Source: Camelus ferus (taxonomy: Eukaryota). From it: a stretch of DNA of 64,000 nt. The notes under the pieces were generated by a model that had not been told where the DNA came from, searched no databases, and saw only the letters and a program-made list of their open reading frames with translations. The position numbers and the translations under genes are program-made. Numbering within the stretch: position 1 is the first letter of the stretch; every line of letters begins with the position of its first letter. The stretch lies in assembly GCF_009834535.1 (NCBI RefSeq), contig NC_045698.1, positions 9,054,001 through 9,118,000 of the forward strand, in the 5' to 3' direction. Of this stretch, positions 1 to 14,399 are shown in pieces.

Positions 1-936
1 TACCACACATGGTAGATTATGTCACAAAAATCAGTAAGAGAAAAATGAATGTAAATTCTGTATAGATTAACCTACACAAAATAATCACCAGAATGTCAAT
101 ATATCTTTCAAAATATCATAATAAAATCATGATTCAACATGCTGTATTGTTCAGATGCTTAAAATATTTTTAAAGGACAAGGTTTACCTTTAATACAGGT
201 AACAAAGTTAATAATTTTTGACAAAGTGGACAATGATAAGGTCATATATCAAGCTGAATATAATAGGTAGCCCATTTTACAGAGAGTGGGATACTCAAAT
301 GCTTAGAAAAATGATTCTCTACTTGACAATTTCAGTGATAAAATGACATTAGAATATAATTGTCCAGGAATTAAGTAGAAAGTGTCAGCCTCTATAAAAC
401 AATACAGGTTATGACAGGTAGGGCAACAATTCAATGGTTGAGATTTTGTTAAAAAATATGAGAGAACTTTAAATGGGAAAAATTCAAGAGCTAGAATCTG
501 AAGCCTAATCTGCCCATTGTCTTCACTGGGAAATTGAACATAATGCTTACATTGAATTATATTTATTTTGAGGAATTGTAGGAATAATATTACATATGTT
601 AAGTAGACTCTGGCTTTCAAAATATAGTAAAAGGGATAAACTACTAATGAGTTAAGAAAATGAACTATAAAACAAGTGATGATTAACTTAGAGAATTTAC
701 CAGAATCATAAATATGACTGAGAAGGCATGCAAAAATAAGATCTATCAGTATATTTCCTCCCTCAGGAGAACTAAGCTTTAATTACTGAACAGGAGAGTG
801 TGTCTTCGTTTAAATTAATTTCCAAGCTCACAATCTCAAGGATATATTGGGAGAATATTTTCGTGTGGATTTGAATGAATGCTTTTTGCATGGAATTTTG
901 CAATTTCTTTACCCTATTTCTGAACTAGAGAGAAAT

Positions 937-988
937 TGTGTGTGTGTGTCAATGCTTGTATGTGTGTGTAGATGCCTGTGTGTGTGTA
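937..988. repeat. Interrupted (TG)n microsatellite
   Basis: Three TG runs separated by short AATGCTTG/GATGCCTG spacers. Confidence 0.8.
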
Positions 989-3678
989 TTTTAATCTAGA
1001 TTCCTCTAGGAAAAGAATGATTCTAAATCTGAAAGGAAAGTTCTGTCAAGCAAAGCAAAGTTATTAACAAAACATAATACAAAGAAAAAAAAAACAAAAG
1101 TGCAAAGTCATATGTAAAAATTTGAAAGGAACTTTATTAGGAAACATAAAGAAGCTCGGAATTGCAAGAATTATAGAATAATTTTCACAGCCCCATTAAA
1201 GACATAAGAACATGTACTTACTACAGTAAGAAGTCAGCTTACTCTTTAAATGAAACTAATATGTAATAGTGGTAACTGAAACCAGGCCATGGGGACTTAA
1301 GAAGGAAATTATATGGCCTCATTGCAAATAGTGAATTTAATACACTTGATTATTTTAACATTCTATGAGATTTATAGGCTAAATAAAACATAGCTGGCTA
1401 GATCAAACTGCCAGAAGAGTCTATTCATATGAAAATACTTAAATGATTTTAGTTTTCAATATTACCTAATTCTTCACTTTGGAAAAGAAAGCCTCTGCAT
1501 TAGAATTTTAAGGAGGATTTGAATTAAATAACTGTTAGTAATTAACTTTTTTTTCCCTAAGTTGTTCTAAAATGAATTGGGGGAAAGTACCATAACGTGT
1601 ATGGGTGTAAGAGAAAACATTTTGTATTAGTTACCAACCTAAGAAACATTGCATCATGTTAGCAAACTTTCATCATGTAGAACTCACAAATGTAAAACTG
1701 AATAATAAGCTGAAATGTCCGGTGGCTGCATTGAGAACCTTCCTTTATTATCGAAATAAAGGAAAATGAAAGCACTATTGGGTGAAGACGAAATGAGTTC
1801 ATATCTGTAAAGTTGGAGTATTTCCAACAGGTAGTAAAAATACAGTGTTTGTTTTTATAATTAATCTTTTGAGTATTATAATACTGAGATTTCAGAAACA
1901 AAATTGTTTAGGGTATGAATCACTTGAGTTGTCTATAGTTTTCTCTAATTTAATAATCCTTGTAGTTGGCAGGTAAATCAAATTAAACTGATCTCTTTAC
2001 TCCAATCTTCTTCCTTAGAACATTGTAATTCAAGTACACATTATTTTATTTTATTTTTTTGCATCTGAAAATCTGTCAGTATATAACACAATCTAATTTC
2101 CACATTGCACAGTTAGACTCAATTCTTAACTAAGAGCTGGTGATTAATCCTGCAATAGTCATCAAAATCTTTGAAACACATGTTTAGCTAGGGACACTCT
2201 GTTCATCAGCATTGCAAAGGGAAGAATGTAATTTACACCTCTGATCTAATCACTTTTATTCTCAACCAGGGTAAATTAGGGGCTATATACCATTTTTCAT
2301 TTTTAATTTAAAAGGAAATGATTTATAAATGCTGTTTCAGTTTGTGAGCCTCAGTTCACTTAAAGTCTAAACCAAACTTGAAGCAACTTGTAACTCATGT
2401 TCATGAATAATGAGAGATTTCAAAGGAATGGCCAAGTAGATAGGGTAATTCTATAAGTAAACTAGAGAATGATCAAGACCTAACTGTTGTCCTCAAGCAG
2501 GTGCATGGTGATTCTGGTCAGATATCATCTCACTAGAGCTGTCAGCTTCAGAGTAAGTCACTCAGAAGGGTATATTCAGACCATCAAAATGATGTAATCA
2601 ATCCTGAAATCCACCTTAACTTTCTAACATGATTTATTTGTCTATAATCACTTTAATTAGAATAAGATTTTAAAATCAACTTTAGAAGACTATTAAGGAA
2701 GCCATTATCTCATTATAAAATGTAAATCAATCCCTTCTGTATAGAATATACTATATCATATAATGTGAATATTAAATAGGGATGTACAATGGTAATGTAC
2801 ACAGTTCATTGTTGTATCTTTATTTTTTAAACAGCCTCTTACTGTTATAATGCAATGGATTGTTAAACACAATTGAATAGTTTTCTAAGCAAGGAATAAG
2901 CCAGTTAACTGCAGTATTTTGAAGAAAATATTTAATTCAAAGTCTGATTCACTCTCATCAATACCTGTCAGCAACTCACAATTGTGTTAAAAGCAACATA
3001 CTATTTTGTTGTCTGTATCAATATCTGAGCATTCATTTGGAATGCTGAATATCCTTTGTTTTTAAGTTGCTGATATCTAATTAGGAAAATGCAAACAACT
3101 TTGCTTTGGGTTGTGTCTTAGTGTTTGTGGCACTACAAATATTAAATAGAATGTGGGAAAGCTCTTACACTATTTGCTCTGTGTTTTACTTCCTGTTGAT
3201 TCCTTGTGACTCTATTTTCAATAGTAGTCTTGCAAACATATGTAGGTCTACAATCTCATATTTTAGAGGGAAAAATAGAGTGACTATATCAAATTATATG
3301 AGGAAAATGTGTATACTTTTCATTCTTCATTTAAATACATCTAGTGCCCAAAACATGATAAGTATTAAATTCTGAGTCTATAAAAGGGAGAATGAATCAA
3401 TGGAGCATGGGATTTTTTCTATTTATCCATCTAGAGCTGTATTCTTTATTCATTTACATTTCTGATTGCACTCAGGTTATGTGTACATCTTTAATATATA
3501 TTAAACACCATCAATAGCCTTTTTTTTTAACATTACATAGTTAGCATATTGGTTGGGCTGAGCCTAAAAAGTAAGTGTTCAATTGACTAAAAATAAAATT
3601 GTGCTGCATCATAATTTTCCTCCTGGGAGTTGGGCTCATCAAGATGCATTCTTGTGTCAGCAAAATCACTTAAAAAAA

Positions 3679-4062
3679 TTGAATCATAGTTGATTTACAA
3701 TGCGGTGTTAACTTCTGGAACACAGCATAGTGATTTATACACACACACATGTATTCCTCTTTATATTATTTTTCATTATAGACCAATACAAGGTATTGAA
3801 TTCCCTGTGCTATACAGTAGGACCTTGTTGTTCATCTATTTCATATATAGTAGTTTGTGTCTGCTAATCCCAAACTCCCAATTTATCCCTCCCCACCACC
3901 TTCCTCCCTGGTAAGCACAAGTTTGTTTTCCATGTCTGTGAGTCTGTCTCTGTTTTGTAAATGAGTTCATTTGTGTCCTTTTTATTTATTTATTTATTTA
4001 GATTCCATATATAAGTGATATCATATGGTATTTTTCTTTCTCTTTCTGGCTTACTTCACTTA
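3679..4062 (-). mobile_element. LINE-1 3' end (ORF2 C-terminal codons + 3'UTR), 5'-truncated, cetartiodactyl type
   Basis: ATAGTTGATTTACAATG...CCCTGTGCTATACAGTAGG...TCTTTCTCTTTCTGGCTTACTTCACTTA; homologous to the reverse complement of 45430-45810. Confidence 0.9.
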
Positions 4063-6559
4063 TTTTAAAAAGGAAATTCTTTGTCCTCACAAAAATTGAA
4101 GGCTTTTAACAGGCAATAGAAAGATGTAGATTATTAACTTTCTTTAAACTTAAGGAACAAACGTGTGAGACTTCTATCCTTTGTTTCTTTTAACATGTTT
4201 TGGATTAGCAGATAAAGTGATTAAAATTTGTTGAGCCTCTCTGTGTATTTCTCTTCTACAGTTATCCCCTGCGGTGAATAATATCAACTGCATTGCGTGT
4301 CTCATGGCTCTGAGAAGGAGTGTTTTTTCTTTAACTAAACACGTTAGGTTCCATGATGTACCGTTACAAGTAACAGCTTGACAATGAGCTAAAGACTCTC
4401 ACCTTCATGTCCTTATACAACATCCATGTGAGAAAATAGCACCTCAGGTTTAACACAGCGTGTAGGCCTCTCCCATGTTTGAGAAGTGCTCTCACTCTGA
4501 TAGAATCATGGTCATGACCAGGGTCGGACCCTGCCCTGTGGGCTTGCTATGTCTCCTTTGTCTGAGTTCTAACCACCCAACATTTTTCCTTTAAAATTCT
4601 CCTAACTTTTCTCCAACCTCCAAGTAACACAATCCCTTTCCACTTAGACCACATAGAAAGGAAAAAAGCACACAATTGTCCTGTGCGATTTCTTAGTCTC
4701 AGCTGTGGCATCGGATGAGTTTTCATGGTGGCCACGAAACCTTATGTAGCTGCTAGAATTCTAAGGTTGAGTTTGGAAGTAAGAGGAAGAGGGATGTGTT
4801 GTCCCCAAATCCATGATTTTGGCCTCCAGTCCATCTGTGGTCTCCAGCCCAGCTTGACCCCTGAGATTTGTGCTTTAGGAGGCATGCAGCCTCTCTTAAT
4901 AAACTGTAATCCTTGCTTCCTGTTGTGTCTGCTGCTTCTGTCACTGACGGTGGGAACTTGCAGAAGAGGACAGAAGGATGCTACCAAATAGGTACCAACA
5001 TAGTCACCCAATTGTCATCAAATCCCTTTAACAAATGCTCTAAAGGCCAAAAGCTAAGAGCTTCTGGTGAAATAAACATGATCATTTCAGAAAGGAAAAT
5101 CTTGAAATCCCCTATATTGTCGCCAAATATCTAAATCCATCATTGATCACTACAATGGAATAAAATTGACCCTAGAAATTGATCACGGTTTAGGGCTGCT
5201 TCTTTTTGGTTTTTGCTTATTTTTACTTTTTCTGTATTGCTTTCTTGCTCATAGTTGGAAATGGGAAACGTTTCACATGTGAGACTGTCTGTAAGTAGCT
5301 TAGCATGCTACTGATAAATTTAACGCAGCCACTGTGTGACCAAGTCTTAGAAAGCACTCTTGTGAGTTAATGTGTCTGAGAATGGAATGAAGAAATGCTA
5401 GAAGTTTCATGTTGACAAAAATATAAAGGATGTAAGAGTTTCTTTAACTGAATTCTGGGAGACCTGAAAAATGTGGGTCTCTTCACCACTTTTGCACGAA
5501 TCTCAGGAAACAGCTGATCTGTGACTGTTTATTTTTAATTTAAAGAAGAGAACAAAAGCAAGACCCTTTATTTTAATTCTTATTTTAGGGGCTCATTAGT
5601 GTCTCATTTGGAAGTCTCATTCTACATCACATCAAATAGAAAGCACTCTGATCACTCACTAAATTTTAGAGCTGGTAAAATTATCTTTCAAACAATTTCA
5701 TAGGATTACGAAAAGTTCTTCCTTTGTCCCTAACTTAACGTGGCTAAAGGGCTTAAAAGATAAAACAGCCTGGGATCAAAACCACAGAGTCCTCAGGAAA
5801 GTGGGGACAATGAGGGAAGCTGTTCTTTCATCTTGGAGACTCCATTTGAACTCCAAAATGGCACCTGAATACCTTAATAAGGCAAATAATTATGAGGTTC
5901 TGGGTATAGGAAAACTCTTACAAGAATATGAAAACAAATATGTATGTATATGCACGACTGGGACACTGTGCTGTGAAAGACAGAAATCGACACATTGTAA
6001 CTGACTGTACTTCTATTAAAAACGGGCTCTTTTAGAACAACTACTGCTTCTACATCAAATACATCACTGCCCTGTAAGAAGCACCCCGTCTCAAATGCGG
6101 CACACAAAGTAGACCTCTGCTGTCAGTGTCATATTGGCACAGCAATTCTCTTTTATGATTTATTTCTAATTCAGTACAAATTGTATTTTTAAAATACATA
6201 TCCATAAACTGCTAAGGATATTTTGCCTCTGTTTTCACTTACACTTTCCCTAAAGAGTTTATTAGATTATAACAGCATAACAGAAGATTTAAAATACACA
6301 TTTTAAAATATGTGCATAATAAAACATGAAAGACTTAATTCTAATTTAATTAAAACTTTCAATGATCTGTTTTTAAACTATTTCTTGTTTTTCATGATTT
6401 TATTGTCTGGGTTCCCTTCTCATTCATTTTCTTTTTCCCTTATCATTTCTGTTTCAATTTTCTCTTTTCAACACAAAATATATATAGAAAAAGTTTAGTC
6501 CTGAACCCAGGTGCATTCTTTGTACCTTTTTTTTCAAAAACCTCATTCATCCTGGTGGC

Positions 6560-6950
6560 TCTGTCTTACTGTTCCAAATTTAAAGATCTACACTGGCCTC
6601 TCTCCTGAGTTCCATTAGTTCAGATGACTTGTAGGATATCTTCATTTGAATGCCCTTCTATCAACTTGAATTCATCTTTCCTACAAAACATGCCATTTCT
6701 CTGGGCTTTCCAATTTTCATTTTTGAAGTGATTATTTCCCCATCTTTCAGGTTTACATTTTTGTGGCCATCCTGGACTCCCTACTAGTTTTTATTTTTAC
6801 TCTCACTTACACTTCTACTTACTGAGTCTTTTTCATTCCCTGTGAAACTATTTAGTTTAATATCCTCATCACCTTGCCCCTGGATTTTCAATATTCTTCT
6901 AAACGCCTCCCTATGCCCTTATTTAGCCCTGCGAAGAAATTTCAGAAACA
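6560..6950 (+). mobile_element. L2 LINE fragment (degenerate)
   Basis: TCTACACTGGCCTCTCTCCTGAGTTCCA...GATATCTTCATTTGAATG resembles the L2 3' region. Confidence 0.55.
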
Positions 6951-7451
6951 TTATTGGAAGATGGCTTTGCACATTTGGTTTCCTAAGCCCCCATAACGAA
7001 GTTTTCCAGAACAGTTCAGTCAATGCGCAATACCTACTGCACCTGCTTGCTTTGTGCTGGTTGGTTCGGTATTTCTCAGACCTCTGCAGATTTTCCACGC
7101 TCCTCAGGAATCCCTGGGACTCCTCAGTTCATCTGAAAGTTGATAAGCTCTCTGTAAGAGGCTAATTAAATGCCTGTTTTTACATTTTTTTCTTCCAGTG
7201 TGCTCATGTTAACCTTCAAAATTTGCTAGTCTCTAAATAAATATAGATTTTAATATTTATTATGTTTCAGCATGCCATTAAATGTTGTGTCAACATTTTA
7301 TTAAGACTTTCCTGACAGCCAACACATGTTTCCCCAAGCTACTTTCCTAATATCTTCTTCTCTCCTTCAAACTAGCAATTTCATCCTGATCCGTACACTC
7401 TGAAGGGGTCGGGGGGAGCCGTATAATCTTTGCAACTGATGTGATAAGCTA

Positions 7452-7722
7452 CAGGCATACTTCATTTTATTGCAATTTGCAGGTATTGTATGTTTTACAA
7501 ATCAAAGGCTTGTGGCTACTTTGTCTCCAGCAGGTTTATGGGTGCCATTTTTTGCAACAGTATTTGCTCACTTCATGTCTCCGTGTCACATTTTGGTAAT
7601 TTTTGAAGTATTTCAAAATTTTTCATTATTAATCATATTCACTGCAGTGATCTGTGATCTGTGACCTTTGATGTCACTATTATAATTGTTTTGGGGTACC
7701 ACCAACTGTGCCTTATAAGGAT
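7452..7722 (+). mobile_element. Tigger1 DNA transposon, left end fragment
   Basis: TA|CAGGCATACTTCATTTTATTGC terminal repeat followed by Tigger1-like TGCTCACTTCATGTCTCCGTGTCACATTTTGGTAAT; homologous to 18090-18330. Confidence 0.9.
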
Positions 7723-7727
7723 GTGCT

Positions 7728-7862
7728 TTATCAGGCTGTACCGCTGGGAGCCATCGCAGTAGCTGATGGTTTGATGGTGGCCAACATTCATCATTTACTG
7801 GGATGGCAGGCAACATTTTTTGTTTACTGAAATGGCAAACAACATTTTTTTGTTTGCAACAT
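7728..7862 (-). mobile_element. Probable ERV1-class LTR terminal fragment
   Basis: GCAGTAGCTGATGGTTTGATGG followed by a duplicated TTTACTG..ATGGCA..CAACATTTTTT unit ending in ACA, resembling laurasiatherian ERV1 LTR ends. Confidence 0.45.
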
Positions 7863-7989
7863 AAACCTGAGGAAAATGAAAGTTGAGTTTTGAAAAAAAA
7901 ATGGAAACAATGATATTTTGAAAAAGAAATAGAATTCAGATAACTTATAAAGGATCAATGCTGATAAGACAGAGTTATGTTCTCAATAG

Positions 7990-8340
7990 GGATGACAGAA
8001 TCTTTTTGATGAAAGAAGACAGTGGAATAACATCTTTAAAGTACTGAACAATAATAACTGCTAACCTGTAATTTTATATCCAGTGAATATATTTTTCAAA
8101 ATTAAGTTCAAAATTAATACGTATTCATAGAGAGAGGTTGTGAGATTCAGTATATACAGTGCTGAGGAAATACTACAGATAGTTCTTTAGATTGAAAATA
8201 CATTAACACAGATGGAATCATAAAAGCTAGAAGAAATAAAACATTGCATTGTTTAATACGTGGATAAATGTAAATGAACATTAACTATTAATGCAGCTGG
8301 GGACCAAATATATGTAGAATATAACACATCAAAATATTAG
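7990..8340 (+). mobile_element. Ancient L1M/L1ME ORF1 3' region
   Basis: AGAAGACAGTGGAATAACATCTTTAAAGTACTGAA...AACCTGTAATTTTATATCCAG is a typical ORF1 C-terminal motif. Confidence 0.65.
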
Positions 8341-8343
8341 CAC

Positions 8344-8805
8344 AAATGCAAATCCAACAGCAATGAGACATCCCTTCACCCTCATTAGGATGTCTATTAT
8401 CAAAGAAACAGAAAAAAGAAAAAAGCAACAAGTATTGGTGAGGATATGGGGAAATTTGAATACTTGTGCATCGCTAGTGAGAAAGAAAAATGGTGCAACT
8501 GCAAAGAAAATATATGGCAGTTCTTTAAACTATTAAATGTAGACATATCATGTGATCCAGCCTTCAGGTACCCAAAGAATGGAAAGCAGGAACTTGAATA
8601 GATATTTGTTCACCAACGTTCATGGTGGCCTTATTCACAATAGTCAGAAGATGGAAACACAAAGTGCCCGTTAAGACATGAGTGGATAAACAAAATGGAG
8701 TATTATTCAGCCTTAAACAGAAGTGAAATTCTGACACATGCTACAACATGGATGAACCTGGAAAACATTATGCTAAGTGAAATAAGCCAGTCAAAAAAGG
8801 ACAAG
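8344..8805 (+). mobile_element. L1M (L1MB-like) ORF2 3' end fragment
   Basis: AAATGCAAATC...CATGCTACAACATGGATGAACCTGGAAAACATTATGCTAAGTGAAATAAGCCAGTCA. Confidence 0.9.
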
Positions 8806-10335
8806 GTAGAGTTATAAATCACAAGTATTGTCAATGCTCTTCACAACAAGACAGCATGGAACAGAAATGTCTTCTTTTGGAAATGGAGTGGCTGGACCAT
8901 CTCTAGAAGTGAACCAGGAGCTACACATCCACGTGTGTTCATGGACTAGAGGAGACGGAGCAGAAGGTACTAGGAAAGAGAGAAGGTTGTATACCAGACT
9001 GGTAATATTTAGAAGACATTTCATACCATAACCCTTGTTTTGTGTGTGCATTTTATACCTTGTTTCTGTGTATGTTGATAGTCCTATGTCCTAATTCCCA
9101 AAACATTTTAAAAGGAGAGGTAATAAAATAACCTTGTTATAAATGACCTTTTTGTTCATTTGTTAGGAAGGACCACTTTCAGAGTGATCTTGGTAAATTC
9201 TCTTCTTGGAACTGGACTCATTTCTGTACTAGTGACTGGGATAGTAGAGGAGGAGGAAGAGAAAAGGCAGAGGAAAGGTTTTTCCATGTGCATTTTTTGA
9301 TAAAATGCATGTCTTTATTGTGGATAAAGCCCATTCTTCCTTTGTAACATCTAAGCTATTAAAATATCTTGAGTTAACAGTGTAGGATAAAATGTAGAGT
9401 TAGTAAATTAACTAATCTGTAAATAGCCTTCTTGCTGTAGTTAAAAGGAAAGAAACGTCTTGGACATGGCCTTTTGGAACGACCTCTGAGCGGTACACAG
9501 CAGGACGTGTTCACTGGGTTGGCAGCAGAGGGACAGAACGATGTGCAACCGTGGATGTCTTCATATTTCCTTTATGATTTTAATCATGTTGCACGTGTGC
9601 ATCTCTTGGCTGAATTATATTAATACGTTAGTAAATAATTCAATTGAAACAAATTTTTCCTAGTATTTTAATAACATATATTTGCTAATAAATTCTCTTG
9701 GAGGTTTTATACTTACTATATTCCAGTTCTTTGTGTGTCATTTTAAATTGAGCAGTAAAAGAATGTAGTACTTTATTGTGAATAACAATATCTTTGTCCA
9801 GAGGCCTGATACCATTCTATGGATTTTGTGTTCCCACGAAAGGTAGGATTATATTTTTGCCATGATTAAATTACTATAATATGTTCATAGTTATCAAAAT
9901 GCTCATTGCTTGCAGTTTAAATAAATCAGTATTTTTATATCTGGTAAAGCATGGTATATGTACTGTATCGACCACACAAACGTGTGCTCAATTGTGTGTT
10001 CACACATAGAAGGACTTAGCCAGATATATAAGCACTTAAACTATAAACAGCTTATAATTACAAATGAATTTTTTTCTTATTTTTTCTAAAATGCACATAT
10101 TGACTTTTTAAAACTAGGAGTAATGTTATAAAAAAATTAAAAGTTCATCAAAATTCTGTAACATTTCTGAATTTATAAGCGCCCAGTAATACAATGGCAA
10201 CATGTATAAAGTGGAAACCTAAAAAAATAAAATGATAAATAGACACTTCCCTAAAAGCACTGGCAGGTTTAGGATACCTTTCTGAGTAAGTGGGAGGCAA
10301 GTGGACAGAAACAGCCAATAGCAAGTGAACCCATG

Positions 10336-10651
10336 CACTGAGTAAAGACCACCCTTACCGATGTGGGGGAACCACACCCATTCTGTTGAAGTAGTGAACT
10401 GGACAAAATGGCAGAGGAAGGGTAAATTTTTTCTGTCTGCTTGACCTGGGACATCCGCCTCCTGCCCTCAGACATTGGCTGGCACTCCTGGTTCTGGGGC
10501 CTTTGGGTTGGAGAGGAACCACGCCACTGGCTTTCCCAGGTCTCCAATTGCAGTCGGCAAGTCGTGGGAATTCTCAGCCGCCATAGTCACGTGACCCAAT
10601 CTCTACGATAAATATCTTCTATATCTACTTTTCTGGAGACCCTTGATTAAT
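10336..10651 (+). mobile_element. MLT2-type (ERVL) solo LTR fragment
   Basis: CTGAGTAAAG...CTCCTGCCCTCAGACAT...CTTTCCCAGGTCTCCA...TTCTGGAGACCCTTGATTAAT. Confidence 0.85.
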
Positions 10652-12477
10652 GTCCATCCCTTTAACAGGTCCATTTTGCTTTCACACTCAGCTATGCCTT
10701 CCAAATTAATAAAGGTTATTTTTTTTTTTTTTTTTTTTGGCTTATACCTACCACTACTATGTGTTATTTCTTACTTTGTTTAGAAGACCAGTTGAGACAG
10801 CTATGCTCACACTGAGCCATAAAACAAGAGGCAGACTTTGCAGAATACATGCCCATGTAGAGAATCTGTTGGCGGGGCCAGCATGTGTGCATCTTAGTCT
10901 CTGATGAACAGTCAGGTGTTTGCACCTTTGCGGTTTGTAAAGGATTCTGCTAAGTCAGGCAGGCTCTTACCTAAAAGGGTCACCTTAGAGGTCTTAGAGG
11001 TCTTCAGCCTTAGGGTATACAACACTCAGACACTGGCCAGAGGACAGCTGCTTGTGGCAGGCTGATCACAGCAAGAGGCTTTTGGGGCGTTAGTCATCAG
11101 CATAGGGTACATCAGTTTCGAAGCTATCCGCCATCTCCCAGTCTCTTCACTTAACATTTGGAACACTTCCCCCTCCGCTGGTCGATAATGGAGGAAGGTA
11201 ATGAGACACCAGATGCGTAGAAATCAGGGAGGGTGAGGTATCCTAGTAGTAACTGTTTTGAGGTTGGAGGTCAAGAAGAGGAGAACGGTGAAATGGAGAG
11301 AGAAGTGAGAAAGTAAAGGATGGAAAAATAAAATACCCAATATCAAATATCTTAGTGAATATCAGCTAATATCCCTTGCTAAGTTCCAAAAGACTTCGGA
11401 GGAAACCGAACCAAATAATTTACTGGCAAACATAGGAGTATGAAATAGGGACATAAGCACAATGATAACACATGTACCCATTCAGTAAACATGAACTTTC
11501 TATTTTTCAAATGTACTTTTCTTGCACACAAACTACTTCAAGGTTTTCATAAGGCTTTTGACGGAGACTTCATTTTCCAAGGACCCATCCTGGTCACTGT
11601 TATGAAAATAGAGCTTTTCTGTAATATTTTGTACCATTCTTAGCATGTTACTGGTGATGAATACCTTTTTAACCTCTTTTTTTCCCTCTCAATATTAATT
11701 AGACTTAAAGTTAGAAATAGTAAGAGAGCAGTTCCTTTTCACAAAATATCCAGTATTATTTTTGCAGTAATGGGCGTGAGTTAGTTCCACCCAGTGGAAA
11801 AACCATGAGGCAGGTGTATGTTGCAGCCAGTGTTTCAAATTCTGAACTTTTATTTTACTCCTTGGGTGTCTGCAGAAATATGAAACTATCTATTTGGATG
11901 GTACCTTTGAATCCTTAAATTATGATCTTTTTAAACCTCTGATTCAATCATAATCTTGAGAATCATCTTTCCGTCTTTTATAAGAATAAGAATAATTTGC
12001 TTGGAATTGCACTCCGTATTGAAATGCACATTGTGACAAAATTTAAATCCATAGACCAAAAAACGTGCAAGATGGAGGTTTTTCAACTTTACGTTGATTT
12101 CCTGATTATCTGCTTGCATCTGTTGACGATGCATTGTAGGTGTTACAGTGGAGAAAGGATGTGAAAGGTCAAACTGTAAATTGTGCTGATAGCATTGCTT
12201 GTGTGATATTGAAGCTCATGTATACACATTGCAGTCCTTGTACTTACAACCAGCCTAAGAAAGGTGTCTGAGGAAAGTCCTTTAGGAGGGAGAAAAGAGG
12301 AAGCTTCAGCACTCCTTTTATTGGGAGCCTGGGCATGACTAGTAAGTGATTAAGTCGCGGCATTGAGAAGCCTTAAAGCAATTAACCTTATCAGATATTC
12401 TGTCTGTGACCACGACTTGCTGTTGTTGCTGCTATTTTAATAAGAGCACGTGTCTTAAGTCTCTGAGGTAATCATGC

Positions 12478-12700
12478 TGATAATAATAATCACTTGTATA
12501 TAACATTTAATATGTTCCAGTCGCTGCTATAAGCATACTTTAGCTGATTTAAATTTTAAAAAGCCTCATCGTATAAACAAAAGTAATGAGATGCAGACAA
12601 GTTCAGAAACTGGACCAATGCCACGTGCCTACGATATTTTATACCCTGGTTTTGAGTCCAAGTAATGTTGGTCCAATTTCCCATTTGCCTCTAAATGCGG
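12478..12700 (-). mobile_element. MIR SINE (degenerate)
   Basis: ATAATAATCACTTGTATATAACATTTAATATGTTCCAG...AGTAATGAGATGCAGACAAGTTCAGAAACT resembles the antisense MIR core. Confidence 0.5.
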
Positions 12701-14399
12701 GTCCACAGAAAGAGTGGTTTGCTGTTTTTTCCCTACATAATTCTTTAGAAACAATTGTTCCAGTTTAGTGGGTTACTCTATATTTTCTCATAGTTTTAAC
12801 TTTGGTCCACATATTGCAAGCCATCAACTGAGAAATCAGAAGCCAATACCTTTCACTTTAAATCTGTGACTATGTGATGATTTCAGCATGATGTTCCAGG
12901 AGAAAAAAAATGGTACCCAGCAGATATCATCATATCCAAGTTTAGCAGACTCAGAAAAAGTGTAGAGGAAATGCTAGATATGTGGTTGACTGGTTACACT
13001 GAATCTTACATGTGATACTCTTGGCGTTGGCAGAGAATTTGTAAAAAGTCTTGAATGTGCTCCACACAGAAGGTACACAAGGATATGGGATACCATCATT
13101 AGGCTATAGTTGAAGCCTAAGTAAAAATTAATATGAAAGATCAGCCTTTATATGCATTACACATTCAGCAGGATTATCAAAACCTGATCTTCACAAATGG
13201 AACAAAAATTGTTGCATTAAGCAGATACCAAATGTGTTCTTTTAAAAACATACTTTGGGCTGTGTACCCTGCTCTGCCCAGTAAGGAACAACATCAGGTA
13301 TGTTATCTGGATCACGTGGAGCTGTCGGTCTCTCAGCTACTTGCCTCAGTCGCCACTGGATTGGAGCAAATTAAATACCTTCTAGAATGTAGATCTCTCC
13401 CACCTGGGCTAACACCAACTGTTTATGGTTAATAAGGTTCAGGAACCAAGGATCATGGAATATCGTGTAACATAAACAAGCCTAGACAGGAGGCAGGGAC
13501 TCAGATAACCTCAGCAGGCTGACACTGCATGTTAGTTTATTGCTAAAAATGTCTTTGTTTTTTCTGACACATCCAGGATATTACGAGACATCAGCTGTAC
13601 TGTATAGATGTCCTCCAGGCACCCTGAGAAGAAAAATGTGTACTTGTGTACATAACAGATCTTTTCACCTAGGAATTTGGGAAACATTTCCAAGAACAGC
13701 AATTTAGTAAAGGACTACATTAATTTTTAGTTCAAGTAATAATGATGGTATATCTGAAACAGCAGAAAAGTATAGAAAACAGTATTTTAAAAAATATCTC
13801 TATGATCACAGACAAAATATTACAGATGTTAACATGTTTCATGTTTGAATTAATGTTCTTCATGAAAAGTTCAGATTCAATGGACCATTGCCATCTTCCA
13901 TTCTCTCTTTCCCTCCCAAGAGGCAATCATAACCTTTAAATATATACACATCCTCCCGATCTGTCTTCTTACAATCTTACAATGCAACACAATTATTGAT
14001 ATCAAAAATTGATTTTTTGCATTTTAGTGGTAATTATAAAAATTTATAAAAAGTGTAGTAGATGAATTATTTTATATCTTCCTTTATTGACTGCCTGCTC
14101 TGTACAATTATCTACAATTATCTACATCTAAACATACTTTATTATTTACTTGTAATTATTCTCTGTATTCATGTCACTTTATTTGTTGTGTGGTATTTCT
14201 TTTCCTATTATAAAATGTATTTCAATACCCCCCCTTTGAAGATAATTAATGTGGTTTCTTTATTTTTCTTTATTAAAACAGATATTCGAAAAACATCCAA
14301 CAGTTATTTATTCTAGCAATGTGGCTCCGAAACAGAAATTGCCGGTCATGTTCAAGATGATGCCATAGCAACATTCCATGTGGTTGTAACTGATGACAT

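Noticed and set aside
4245..4375. Splice-acceptor-like TTCTCTTCTACAG (also TTTTACCTTCTAG near 26393)
   Set aside because: No convincing downstream coding frame or donor site, and such motifs are common by chance. A non-coding exon cannot be excluded.
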